From assembly GCA_963804165.1 (NCBI GenBank), contig CAWDPO010000045.1, positions 1-64,000 on the forward strand: DNA of 64,000 nt, given 5' to 3'. Positions within the stretch are counted from its first letter, which is position 1; each line of letters starts with the position of its first letter. The notes beneath the pieces were generated by a model. It had not been told where the DNA came from. It saw nothing but the letters and a program-made list of their open reading frames with translations, and did no database searches. Below, piece after piece: positions 32,362-42,156 of this stretch. The position numbers and the translations under genes are program-made. This stretch comes from an uncultured delta proteobacterium. Its GTDB lineage: Bacteria; Desulfobacterota; Binatia; UBA9968.

Positions 32362-33462
32362 ATGGATCGCCCCAGCTTGCATGTCCTAGTAGTCGATGAC
32401 TCTGCGGTGGTCCGCGAAGTCATGACGGCTGTGCTTTCCCAAGAAACTGGGATCACCGTGGCAGTAGCAGCGGATCCGTTTATTGCCATGGGAAAGATCA
32501 AGCAGCAGCGACCCGATGTGATTATTCTCGATATCGAGATGCCACGCATGGACGGTCTGACTTTTCTCAAAAAAATTGTCCGGGAAAATCCCATACCCGT
32601 AGTCATTTGTTCCGCGCTCACCGGGCCGGGCACGGCGGTCGGGATTCAAGCACTCGAAGAGGGCGCCGTCGAAGTCGTGACCAAACCGCGCTTAGCTGTA
32701 AAACAGTTTTTGCACGAGTCTGCGGTCATCCTAATCGACGCTGTGCGCGCGGCCGCGGGAACGCGCGTACAGCTACGCCAAATGACTGAACGATCGTCGG
32801 CACAGCGACCCAACGCGGACGCAATATTACCGATACGGGCCCAGTCCGCGGGCAGCAGGAGCGGCGCCGAAACCGTCATCGCCGTCGGTGCTTCGACCGG
32901 CGGGACCGAAGCCTTGCGGGTTATTCTAGAGGCCATGCCCGTGGATACTCCTGGTATAGTGGTTGTTCAACATATGCCCGAGGGCTTCACCAAGGCTTTC
33001 GCGCAACGTTTGAATCAAACCTGTGGGATCGAGGTTAGAGAGGCCGTCAATGGCGACCCGCTGACGGCCGGCTTGGCGCTTATCGCGCCCGGAAATCGCC
33101 ATTCGATCCTAAGCCGTGATAGCACACGGTACGTGGTGGAAGTGAGCGATGGACCGTTGGTGTCGCGCCACCGACCGAGCGTCGATGTGCTGTTTCGTTC
33201 CGTCGCGCACCTCGCGGGGGCCAACGCCATCGGTGTCATATTGACCGGCATGGGCAGCGACGGCGCCGAGGGACTGCTGGAAATGAAAAAAACCGGAGCC
33301 TTGACGATCGCGCAAGACGAATCCTCCTGCGTCGTCTATGGCATGCCGAAGGAAGCCATCGAACGGGGCGCGGTGGACAAGGTCGTAAGCCTGTCGCGAA
33401 TCCCCCATGAGATATTGAGCGCGGGGTTGCAAAAACAATGGAGTCTCGGCGCACACAGATAA
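32362..33462 (+). CDS. cheB: Chemotaxis methylesterase CheB (REC + esterase)
   Basis: GASTGG, VQHMP, HRPSVD, LTGMGSDGA. Confidence 0.96.
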   Translation: MDRPSLHVLVVDDSAVVREVMTAVLSQETGITVAVAADPFIAMGKIKQQRPDVIILDIEMPRMDGLTFLKKIVRENPIPVVICSALTGPGTAVGIQALEEGAVEVVTKPRLAVKQFLHESAVILIDAVRAAAGTRVQLRQMTERSSAQRPNADAILPIRAQSAGSRSGAETVIAVGASTGGTEALRVILEAMPVDTPGIVVVQHMPEGFTKAFAQRLNQTCGIEVREAVNGDPLTAGLALIAPGNRHSILSRDSTRYVVEVSDGPLVSRHRPSVDVLFRSVAHLAGANAIGVILTGMGSDGAEGLLEMKKTGALTIAQDESSCVVYGMPKEAIERGAVDKVVSLSRIPHEILSAGLQKQWSLGAHR

Positions 33463-33540
33463 CGCGGACGGACCCGGATTCGCAGAGATTCGAATCGCTG
33501 ATGGAAATAGATCTTGGATAGGAAAAAGGAGGATATCGTC

Positions 33541-33933
33541 GTGGGCGACAGTAAAAAAGTAAGAGTGTTGGCGGTTGATGACTCGAAGACCATGCTCGCC
33601 ATGATCGCAGCCCAACTAAGGGACAGCAATTTTGAAGTCGTGGCGACTGCTAGCAGCGGCGTGGAAGCCGTGGAAAAATACAAACAATTCAAGCCGCAAC
33701 TCGTTCTACTGGATATCGTCATGCCGGAAGTCACCGGAATCGATACCCTCGTGCAGCTGCTCGAAACCGATACGAGCGCGCGCATCGTCATGGTGAGTTC
33801 GGTCGGGACCGAAGACACGGTAAAGGACTGCTTGCGTAAAGGCGCTAAGAGCTTTTTGCAAAAACCGCTGCAAAAAGAGGGCATGCTGAATATCCTAAAA
33901 AATGTTTGCCAGGACACCGGGGTGGAATTATGA
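33541..33933 (+). CDS. cheY: CheY-like response regulator
   Basis: AVDDS, LDIVMP, VSS, KP; GTG start after AGGAGG. Confidence 0.8.
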   Translation: MGDSKKVRVLAVDDSKTMLAMIAAQLRDSNFEVVATASSGVEAVEKYKQFKPQLVLLDIVMPEVTGIDTLVQLLETDTSARIVMVSSVGTEDTVKDCLRKGAKSFLQKPLQKEGMLNILKNVCQDTGVEL

Positions 33934-34787
33934 GCACGAGATTTTTTGGGCAGTACTTGTTGGAAAAAGGTCGTATCACCTCCCAACAGTTGCTAGAAGC
34001 ATTGGAATGCCAGAAAGATATAACGGCTCCCATCGCCGCCATGGCCCTGGAAAAGGGCTTGATGAGCGCTAACCAGATAAGACAGATACTCGAACAGCAA
34101 AGAAAGAAAAAACAGACCTTCGCCGAACTGGTGCGCGAGATGGGATTCCTCAACCAGACTCAGATCGATGAAATGGTCCGCGACCAGGAGTCGGGTCATC
34201 GGCTACGTTTGGGCGAAGCCCTGGTTTTGAAGGGCTCGGTTACTCCTGAAACGCTCGATAAAGAACTGAAGGAATACCGCAAGGAATCTGAACGGCTTAC
34301 CGCGGAGATCTCAGCGGCCTTCAGCAATCTCGCCCACAAACAAATCGTTAAGACCTTCACCGATTTGATGCTGATGATGTTTACCCAGTTTGGCAAGCAA
34401 GATATCGTCATCGAACGCTGCGAAACCGGCAAAGAAAAAGTTCGACTGTTTCGCTGGGTGATCTCCCAAAAAATAGCCGGATCAGACGTCCAGTTTAATT
34501 GTTTGCTTTCCGTCCCTCCCAAATTGCTGTTGCAGATGGCGTCCACGATGTTGGATGAAAACGTCATGACGCCGAACGAGCTCGCCCTGGACGCCACCAA
34601 AGAGTTCGTCAATATCGCCAATGGCACGGCGTGCGCAAAACTTTCGGAAGACGGCGTAAGCCTGACGATGCTCCCACCCGAAGTTTACGAAACCACGACG
34701 ACGCCCTACCCCTTACAAGCAAAAGATGTCGTTTGCGTTCATCTCGCCGCCCCGGATGCAAAATTAGAAGTCGCATTTGAGTTTTAA
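33930..34787 (+). CDS. MshEN-like repeats fused to a CheX/CheC-like phosphatase domain
   Basis: FGQYLLEKGRIT..QL.EAL..Q and RLGEALVLKG repeats; C-terminal DA.KEFVNI..G (E-x2-N). Confidence 0.75.
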   Translation: MSTRFFGQYLLEKGRITSQQLLEALECQKDITAPIAAMALEKGLMSANQIRQILEQQRKKKQTFAELVREMGFLNQTQIDEMVRDQESGHRLRLGEALVLKGSVTPETLDKELKEYRKESERLTAEISAAFSNLAHKQIVKTFTDLMLMMFTQFGKQDIVIERCETGKEKVRLFRWVISQKIAGSDVQFNCLLSVPPKLLLQMASTMLDENVMTPNELALDATKEFVNIANGTACAKLSEDGVSLTMLPPEVYETTTTPYPLQAKDVVCVHLAAPDAKLEVAFEF

Positions 34788-35146
34788 GCCGATGCAATCG
34801 GAGGGTCCCGGGGGATCTTCCGATTGGCCCTCGAATCTTTGACTCACGCAGCAGCATGCCGGCCATTTTCGAATGGCGCTGATCACCGTGGGAAGACCCC
34901 GATCGCTGGAAATTCATTGAGGTAAGCAACACGACGACGATCTTAGAAATCAATAAGAAATAGCTGGTGGCTGCCGTTCCCCCCGCTGTCGGCGCCGAAT
35001 GGTTAGAATGCATGCAATTCCTCGCCAAGAAAAAATTTGCTTTGCTGGCCGGTTGAATCAGTCTGGTAAGTTCCGGCGGTGGAAAATTAATTACTGCGCA
35101 GCAGGCTGACGCGGTATCAGGGAAATCGAGATCCACTTACTCAGCC

Positions 35147-35222
35147 GTCACCCCCATGTCCTGATCGAGGGTCCAGTCCCAACCTCCTTCCTGGATTCCG
35201 GCTAAAAGCATGCCGGAATAGC
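35147..35222. repeat. Degenerate CGTC-type REP-like palindrome pair
   Basis: CGTCACCCCC...GGGTCCAG / CTGGATTCCGGCTAAAAGCATGCCGGAAT; similar to 40781-40856. Confidence 0.5.
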
Positions 35223-35300
35223 GGACTTCGGTGAGGGATTAAATTCTGCGTGGAATCCAATCCGTGGAAATTGAATTGGCCGGATTAAATACCGGCGGCT

Positions 35301-37382
35301 TTAGGGTAGTTCTTTTGCGAAGGCGGCGTCGCTGCTATTTTTCATCACTTCATAGAGCTGCTCTTGCGAGCGGAGAAAATTGGAGCCTTGGGTCCGCGTT
35401 CTAACGGAGGCTCCATCCGGTTGCACCAGCCACGCTTTTACCGTGTCGACCAACTGAACTTCCAGAATTTCTTTTAGCCTCGCTTGATGCTGAGGATCGA
35501 GAATCGGAAAAGCGATTTCGAGCCGCCGGTCAAAATTCCGCTGCATCCAATCAGCCGATGCCAACAGGAAAACCGGCTCGCCGCCGTTGTGGAAATAAAA
35601 AATCCGGGCGTGCTCGAGATATCGATCGATGATGGAAACCACCCGTATCCGTTCAGAGACTCCTGACAACCCTGGCCGCAAGCTGCACATGCCGCGCACG
35701 AGCAGATCAACTTGCACGCCGGCTTGGCTCGCCAGATAGAGCTCCTCGATCAGAGCGGGATCAATCAGGCTGTTTACCTTAGCGATGATGCGCGCGGCTT
35801 GGCCGGCGCGGGCCTGTTCCGCTTCCTTTCGGATATGCGCGAGGAAATGCTCTCTCAGTGCGATCGGAGCCAACAGCAGATGGTTGAATTTTTGCGGCCG
35901 CGTGTAACCGGTGAGCAGATTGAAAAGCTCGGTAAGATCCTGGCCGAAAGTCTCCCGGCAGGTGAAAAGACCGAGGTCGCTGTAGATACCGGCCGTGCGC
36001 GCGTTGTAATTGCCCGTGGCAAGGTGGCAATAGCGCCGAATGCCGTCGCCTTCTTGGCGCACAACCAGACAAATCTTGCAGTGGGTTTTATATCCCACCA
36101 TGCCGTAGACAACATGGGCGCCGACTTCTTCCAAGGCGCGCGCCCAGGTGATGTTGGCTTCCTCGTCGAAGCGCGCTTGCAGCTCGACTAGAACGGACAC
36201 TTCTTTCCCCGCTTCGGCGGCGCGGGCCAGTGCTTGGGCAATGGGGGACCCGGCGCTGACGCGATAGAGCGTCATCTTGATCGCCAAGACTTTCGGATCC
36301 TTCGCCGCTTCTTCGACGAAGCGCGTGACCGCATCGAAGGACTGATAGGGATGAAACACCAAAACGTCGCCGCTCCGAATCGCGCTCCAGATATCCGGCG
36401 CACGGTCGAAGGCCGGCACTGAAAGAGGCATTCGCGGCCGGTCTTTCAATCGCGGCGCATTTACCGCGGCATAAAGCTGGAACAAGTCGGTGAACGCGGT
36501 AAATCCCGTGCCCGGGTAGAGATCTTCAATAACAAGTTCTAGTTCCTCAACCAACTGAGCGACGATTTCTTTCGGCAACGCTGGATCATATTGAAGTCGC
36601 ACCGCATCACCCATGCGCCGGTCACGAATCCCCTGCTCGATTGTCATAAGCAGATCTTCATCGCGGCGGCGCGTCATGCCGTAATCGGCGTCGCGCGTCA
36701 CCCGGATGGCGTGGCATGACAGAATTTCGAAACCGTGATAGAGCCGCGGCAAGTAATGACGTAGAACATCTTCGAGCAGCATAAAGGCGTGCTGGCCGTC
36801 GCGGGCGGGAAGAGGAATAAAACGCGGAGCAACTTGCGTAGGGATATGGACGATCGAAAGGTCCGTGTGCGGCAAACGCGACGCTCCCGTCGCGCGCAAG
36901 GACACGACCAAACACATAGAGCGATTAGCCAAATATGGAAACGGATGACCGGGATCGATCGCCAGCGGTGTGACGATGGGATACAGAATGCGCTGAAAGT
37001 ACTCCTCTAAAAAACGCTCCTGCTCCGCGCTCATTTCCTCCGGGTGAACCAGGTGTATCCCTTCCTTGGTCAACTGCGGCATGAGCGTGTGCAGGAAACA
37101 AAGATGTTGTTCTTCGGCCAACTCGTGGATTCGTCTGGAAACGGCGGTTAAAGTTTCGCCTGGCGTCAAGCCATCAGGGTCGGCGCTTTGGTCGCCATCC
37201 ACGATCATTCTCTTGAGCCGCGCCACTCGGACCATGAAAAACTCATCCAGGTTCGAGCTGAAGATGGCAAGAAACTTCACCCGCTCCAGCAACGGAACGG
37301 TTTCGTCTTTCGCTTCTTCAAGTACTCGGCGGTTAAATTCGAGCCACGACAACTCACGGTTGATATAGCTATTGGTATCCAT
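35301..37382 (-). CDS. ppk1: Polyphosphate kinase 1
   Basis: NRELSWLEFNRRVL, NLDEFFMVRV, ARFDEEAN, KTHCK, SADWM.RN. Confidence 0.97.
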   Translation of the reverse strand: MDTNSYINRELSWLEFNRRVLEEAKDETVPLLERVKFLAIFSSNLDEFFMVRVARLKRMIVDGDQSADPDGLTPGETLTAVSRRIHELAEEQHLCFLHTLMPQLTKEGIHLVHPEEMSAEQERFLEEYFQRILYPIVTPLAIDPGHPFPYLANRSMCLVVSLRATGASRLPHTDLSIVHIPTQVAPRFIPLPARDGQHAFMLLEDVLRHYLPRLYHGFEILSCHAIRVTRDADYGMTRRRDEDLLMTIEQGIRDRRMGDAVRLQYDPALPKEIVAQLVEELELVIEDLYPGTGFTAFTDLFQLYAAVNAPRLKDRPRMPLSVPAFDRAPDIWSAIRSGDVLVFHPYQSFDAVTRFVEEAAKDPKVLAIKMTLYRVSAGSPIAQALARAAEAGKEVSVLVELQARFDEEANITWARALEEVGAHVVYGMVGYKTHCKICLVVRQEGDGIRRYCHLATGNYNARTAGIYSDLGLFTCRETFGQDLTELFNLLTGYTRPQKFNHLLLAPIALREHFLAHIRKEAEQARAGQAARIIAKVNSLIDPALIEELYLASQAGVQVDLLVRGMCSLRPGLSGVSERIRVVSIIDRYLEHARIFYFHNGGEPVFLLASADWMQRNFDRRLEIAFPILDPQHQARLKEILEVQLVDTVKAWLVQPDGASVRTRTQGSNFLRSQEQLYEVMKNSSDAAFAKELP

Positions 37383-37481
37383 AAGACTGCACGTCCCAAC
37401 CCTGTGCAAAGTTTCACCGCGCCGACCCGTGCGCGCCCCGATCTGCGCGTAGGTCTTTTAGCGCACCCAACAAAGCAAAGT

Positions 37482-37509
37482 GTTACGAAACGATGAACTT
37501 TTCGTTAAC
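37482..37509 (-). promoter_or_regulatory. Possible Pho-box-like 11-bp-spaced direct repeats upstream of ppk1
   Basis: Minus strand GTTAAC-gaaaa-GTTCAT-cgttt-CGTAAC. Confidence 0.35.
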
Positions 37510-37737
37510 TGCCGAGATTACAACCTCAGCGTGTGTTCGCGCTTCTGTAAAGGCTCTCGCTGCCCCATGTTTGAAGGATAATTTGACGCGAGCGGTGCGG
37601 ACATCGGTCTCAATCACCCAGGCGAGATTGCCAGCTGGACCAGCTTACGCAATCAATTGGCGCGGGTGTGAAATCGGCCTGAATATACTTCAGCGGGGAA
37701 AATGCGAGGTTAAACCGGTGGGGATTTTCAACGCGCT

Positions 37738-39357
37738 CTAAACGCCCGCCAGTTTCAGTTTGTTCTTGGCATTCTTGCCGATCTTATTGCGGGGAAACTT
37801 CTCGGCGACATGCTCCAAGAGGTCGATGCCCAAGCTGCGCTCCTGGCCGCCTCGTTCGATAAAACTGAACCCCAGGGCGAATAGATGGTCGGGCGCAAGG
37901 CTCTTGTCCTTCTTGAGCGTGTCGAATACCGGATACGCCGAGTTCCGATAAAGGTCGGTGAGCAGCTCGACGGCGGGATGATTTTTGTGGCTCGTCACCG
38001 TGTGCGCGTGCAGTCTCAGCTGCGCCGAGGCGAGATGAAACTTATTCTCCGGTTTGAATTCCGGGAAATCCTTCAGCGGCGTCAAAAATGCGACCGCTTC
38101 TTTGTATTTTTTCGCTTTGACCAGCTTGGCGCCGTGCTCGGCGAGCCGCCCGTAGGCGAATTCCGCATCGGCTTTTTTCAACACGTGCAGGAAAGCGGTC
38201 TGAATCCGATCATCGTCATCGACCGCTTTTTGCAGCCGCTTCCACAAAGAATCCAGAATTTCCTGGCGCCACTTGCCCTCAAACGCCGGCAACAGCTCAG
38301 CGATGCTCCAGGCTTTACTCGCGTCCTCGCCGGCGATCAGCTCTTTCAGCAATGCGGCGCGCGCTTCGGGAATCTTGCGCAGGGAGCTCGCGGCCACGTC
38401 GCGCCTGCGATAATCCGGATCGCCCAATTGTTCGACCAATGTGCGCACCGTCGCCGGCGTGCCGACGTCGCCCATTTTTCGCAAGGCAAATTTTTGCACG
38501 TCGCTGTGCGGGCTTTGCATCAGTTTGGCGAGCAGCGCGCGCGACTCGTCCGGCAACTCGTGGGCATCGAGCAAATCCAAGGTGAGCCGGGTCACTTCGC
38601 CGAATTCCGTTTCTTCGAGCAACGAGAAAAGCTTTGCGTATTCGTCCTTGCGGATATCCTGATCGCGCAGACAGCGCAGCAGCCCAACTAGCGCATGGGC
38701 ACGCACAGCGGGGTGATGCTCGGAGCCGATGAACTTGAACAGCCAGCGCCGTGCCTGCGGACGGCCGAGCTGCCCAAGCAGGCGCATGACCGATACCACA
38801 GCCGGGCGTTGCTGTTTCTCGTCGAGCCGCGCCGCGAATGCCTCCACATCGTCATAGAGCGAGTCCTGCTCTTTGGCGTCCATTTCACGCACCGCGGGGG
38901 TCATCAGATCGCAGATGATCCGGTTCGCGTCATCCGTGCCGTCAGCGAGCAGTTGCAACAATCCTTTCATCGCCGCTTTGCCTCGCACCGCCGCGAGCAC
39001 GCGCGCGGCATTGACTTGCCAGGGACGCGTTGCTTCCGCGATTTCCTGCAGTAGCGGCTGAACGGCAGACTGTCCGGCGCCAGTCAAAGAGCGGATCGCG
39101 CGCTCTTGCAGCGCTTTGTCCGGATCATTGAGCATCTTGAGCAGCTGTCCGATATTCTTGCTCGACTGTACTTCCTCGAAATAGCGCAGCGCGTAATCTT
39201 TGAGCACCGGATTGGGATTGTCGAGCAGAGTGCCGACCAACTTGACCACCGCCGCGCTGTTGGCCTTAAGCGCGCCGAGGACGAGCACCGCCGCGCAGCG
39301 CTGCTCCATCGTCCCTTTCTCGACCAGAGTCAAAATATCCTGCAGAGTGTCGTCCAT
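37738..39357 (-). CDS. HEAT-repeat protein
   Basis: Repeated L.D....R..A...L..LG helical pairs over 539 aa. Confidence 0.8.
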   Translation of the reverse strand: MDDTLQDILTLVEKGTMEQRCAAVLVLGALKANSAAVVKLVGTLLDNPNPVLKDYALRYFEEVQSSKNIGQLLKMLNDPDKALQERAIRSLTGAGQSAVQPLLQEIAEATRPWQVNAARVLAAVRGKAAMKGLLQLLADGTDDANRIICDLMTPAVREMDAKEQDSLYDDVEAFAARLDEKQQRPAVVSVMRLLGQLGRPQARRWLFKFIGSEHHPAVRAHALVGLLRCLRDQDIRKDEYAKLFSLLEETEFGEVTRLTLDLLDAHELPDESRALLAKLMQSPHSDVQKFALRKMGDVGTPATVRTLVEQLGDPDYRRRDVAASSLRKIPEARAALLKELIAGEDASKAWSIAELLPAFEGKWRQEILDSLWKRLQKAVDDDDRIQTAFLHVLKKADAEFAYGRLAEHGAKLVKAKKYKEAVAFLTPLKDFPEFKPENKFHLASAQLRLHAHTVTSHKNHPAVELLTDLYRNSAYPVFDTLKKDKSLAPDHLFALGFSFIERGGQERSLGIDLLEHVAEKFPRNKIGKNAKNKLKLAGV

Positions 39358-39404
39358 AATTCTTACTCGACTCTTTACTTACCAAGTTGGTCTAGAAACA
39401 CAAG

Positions 39405-39464
39405 GTAGGGGCGGACCCGCGTGTCCGCCCGCTCGGACAGGCGACCACATGGGGTCTGCCCTTA
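39405..39464. repeat. GTAG-type REP-like palindrome pair
   Basis: GTAGGGGCGGACCCGCGTGTCCGCCC ... GGGGTCTGCCCTTAC. Confidence 0.65.
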
Positions 39465-39529
39465 CAATTGTTCCTTGACTCCAATTCGAATTGGCAGTAC
39501 GCGAAGATTTGACCACAACAGGAGGAAAA

Positions 39530-40687
39530 ATGTTTCACACTGATCTTACCCCGTTCGGCGTCGATATGGAGCATCTCGCCAAGGATCGTCTGGCGCGACT
39601 GCAGGCCGTGATGAAGCGTGAAAATCTCGGCGCCCTGTTGCTCACGGATTTTCTGAATATCCGCTACGCCACCAACACGGTCATGATGCTCGGCCTACGC
39701 GCCACGGGAATCCAACGCTTCGCGCTCATTCCAGCCGAAGGAGAGCCGCTGATTTGTCAGCGCGAGCTGGCCCGCAAGAAACATTTTCAGAGCTTGCGCT
39801 TCGACGCCTACATGTTCGCCATGCGCCCGCCGGTAGCCACCGAAGATTTTGTCAACCAGGCGGTGTTGGGCTTGAAACAGCTGGGCGTCGCCGGCGAGCG
39901 CGTCGGCGTGGATTGTTTGAATCTCAACGCAGTGGAGGGATTGAAGGACGCCGAAATTCACCTCGTCGATGGTTGGCCGGCGATCAATCAAGCTCGCGCG
40001 GTGAAGACCGTGGATGAATTGCAGCTGATCCGCTGGACCACTAAAGCCAAGGAAAACGGCTACGATTTCGTGCGCCAGGCGTTGCGCGAGTCCGATCCTC
40101 CGGAAGATAGACTTAGCCGGATCATGCTCGATTATTTGCTGGATCAAGGCTTCGAAGCCGGCAGCGAGTTTATTTCAATCTACGATTCTTCGCTCGCGGA
40201 GTCACGGCCGCACAACGAACCGATGGGCTCCGACCTGGTGGTGAAAGACGGCGACTTGGTGATCTGCGACGCCACCGTCGCCGGTCCCGGCGGGTACTAC
40301 AGCGACTTCGCTCGCACCTTCAGCCACGGCACGCCCACGACCGAAACCAAGCAGCGCTACAAGGAAGCCTATCATTCGCTGCAGGAGGCGTTGAAGTTTG
40401 TCAAGCCAGGCCCATGCACGGAAGCGTTTCGTCATTTCGGCAGAGGCGCGGCGGCAAGACTGCCGGGCTTCGACGGTTTTCATGGCGTCGGCTTGTGCAT
40501 CTACGAATCGCCGTGGCTGCGCGGCGGCGACCCGGAAAAATACATGATCTCGCTCGAAGAAAACATGATCGTGGCTCTGGAAATCAATCACTACCCGGTC
40601 AAGCTCGAACACTTGCTGCGCGTCACCGCCGACGGCGCCGAGATCCTATCGCACTATCCCGTCGATCCGGAATTGGTGGCGGCGTAG
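39530..40687 (+). CDS. M24 (Xaa-Pro peptidase/creatinase-like) family protein
   Basis: RAVKT.DE, YYSDFART, HGVG, ALE, KLEH metal ligands. Confidence 0.85.
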   Translation: MFHTDLTPFGVDMEHLAKDRLARLQAVMKRENLGALLLTDFLNIRYATNTVMMLGLRATGIQRFALIPAEGEPLICQRELARKKHFQSLRFDAYMFAMRPPVATEDFVNQAVLGLKQLGVAGERVGVDCLNLNAVEGLKDAEIHLVDGWPAINQARAVKTVDELQLIRWTTKAKENGYDFVRQALRESDPPEDRLSRIMLDYLLDQGFEAGSEFISIYDSSLAESRPHNEPMGSDLVVKDGDLVICDATVAGPGGYYSDFARTFSHGTPTTETKQRYKEAYHSLQEALKFVKPGPCTEAFRHFGRGAAARLPGFDGFHGVGLCIYESPWLRGGDPEKYMISLEENMIVALEINHYPVKLEHLLRVTADGAEILSHYPVDPELVAA

Positions 40688-40780
40688 GAATCCCGTGACT
40701 ACGAAGTGCTTGATGAGGTTACGAACGCCCACAGAAAATGAAAATGGACGGATTTCCCTCCACATCGTGCTCTCCTCAAC

Positions 40781-40856
40781 CGTCATTCCCGCGCACGCGG
40801 GAATCCAGGTTTGTTCCACCTAATTAGCCTGGATACCGGCGTTCACCGGTATGACG
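40781..40856. repeat. CGTC-type REP-like palindrome pair
   Basis: CGTCATTCCCGCGCACGCGGGAATCCAG ... CTGGATACCGGCGTTCACCGGTATGACG. Confidence 0.7.
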
Positions 40857-41057
40857 GACCCAGGTGGCCTCTTCGTTCTCATCCCCGCACAAGTATTTTC
40901 GAAGGAGAAGTCACAAAGAACCCGAAGCTTAAGCTATTGATATCTGAATTCTTCGTGACCTTTTGTGTGGTTCGTGGCGAGATGTTATTTTTTGTGGAAT
41001 TCGGTCGGTTCGACGGAGCAGCGCTCTTCGACTTGAACGGCTTGAACGTTTTGAACC

Positions 41058-42116
41058 TTATTTTCTCCCAACCTCTCTTAAAACTTTCTGCCACTTCGTC
41101 GCTTCTTTATCGTACTGTTCTGTGGTGAGTCCCGCTTCCGGATACCAGCGTTTGAAGCCAAAGTCTTTTGCCGGACTGCCGAACTGCAAATCCTCTAGGA
41201 TTTTTTGTCCTTCCGGACTCAAGATAAAATCCGCCATCAGCACCGCCGCGTGCGGATGAGGCGCTTGATAGAGAATCGCCGTGGCGCCGGCGTTGGTCGG
41301 TACCGATTCCATCGCCACCCAATTGATCGGCGCGCCCTTGAGCTTCGACTCCATGGCATGATCGCGAAAGATCGACGGCGAGATCGGCACTTCGCCCGCA
41401 ATCGCCATGTCCGCCATCGCCCGCCCGGAAATCGAGTGAAGGCTGATTTCCTGCGCTTTGAGCTTGCGCGCGAATTCTTCGCCTTTGAACTTCAGTATCG
41501 CCCCCATCATGCGCACGCCGGTATCGCTGGTAGTCAACCCCATCTTGCCTTTCAATTGCGGATTCAAGAGACCGTTGAAGTTTTTCGGTAACGCGCTTGC
41601 TGGAATCAAGTTGGGATTGTAGCCGACGCCGATGAAGCTCTCGCGATTGACGCCCCAATAGAAAAGACCGTTACCCGCCTTTTCCCTGGCTTGGGCCGGA
41701 TACTTTAATAGATGCGGCGAAGTGTAAACCGCGAGGAGGCCATCCTCGCGCAGGCTCTTCAGCAGCGGCAGGGTCGTCTCGATGGTATCGACTAAATATT
41801 GCCGCGCCTTCGCCTCCGCTGTGATGCGCGCCATGAGCTCATTGCTCGCCGCCCGATAAACATCGACTTTGACGCCGGGATATTTTTTCTCGAATCCTTG
41901 CGCCAACTCTTTGTAGGAACTCCCGGCGAGAGACGTGTACCAAACCACTTTGCCTTCAGCCTTGGCGCCTGCGACGAGAACGGCCTCACGGTCGGCGCCG
42001 GTGTAAGTCACCAGATCGGCGAGCGTGCTCGGCGCTTTCGCCTGAGCATTGCTCGTTGACAGCATGTTGAAGAGAATGAGGATAACGACAATGAATTGTC
42101 CGAAATGAAAGCTCAT
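41058..42116 (-). CDS. ABC transporter substrate-binding protein (Fe3+/thiamine-like PBP2)
   Basis: Signal peptide, AKAEGKVVWYTS, APHPHAA.L..DF.LS.EGQ. Confidence 0.85.
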   Translation of the reverse strand: MSFHFGQFIVVILILFNMLSTSNAQAKAPSTLADLVTYTGADREAVLVAGAKAEGKVVWYTSLAGSSYKELAQGFEKKYPGVKVDVYRAASNELMARITAEAKARQYLVDTIETTLPLLKSLREDGLLAVYTSPHLLKYPAQAREKAGNGLFYWGVNRESFIGVGYNPNLIPASALPKNFNGLLNPQLKGKMGLTTSDTGVRMMGAILKFKGEEFARKLKAQEISLHSISGRAMADMAIAGEVPISPSIFRDHAMESKLKGAPINWVAMESVPTNAGATAILYQAPHPHAAVLMADFILSPEGQKILEDLQFGSPAKDFGFKRWYPEAGLTTEQYDKEATKWQKVLREVGRK

Positions 42117-42156
42117 GAATCCTTCCTGTCGATTTAAACACTCGCGGCCTGGGTTC

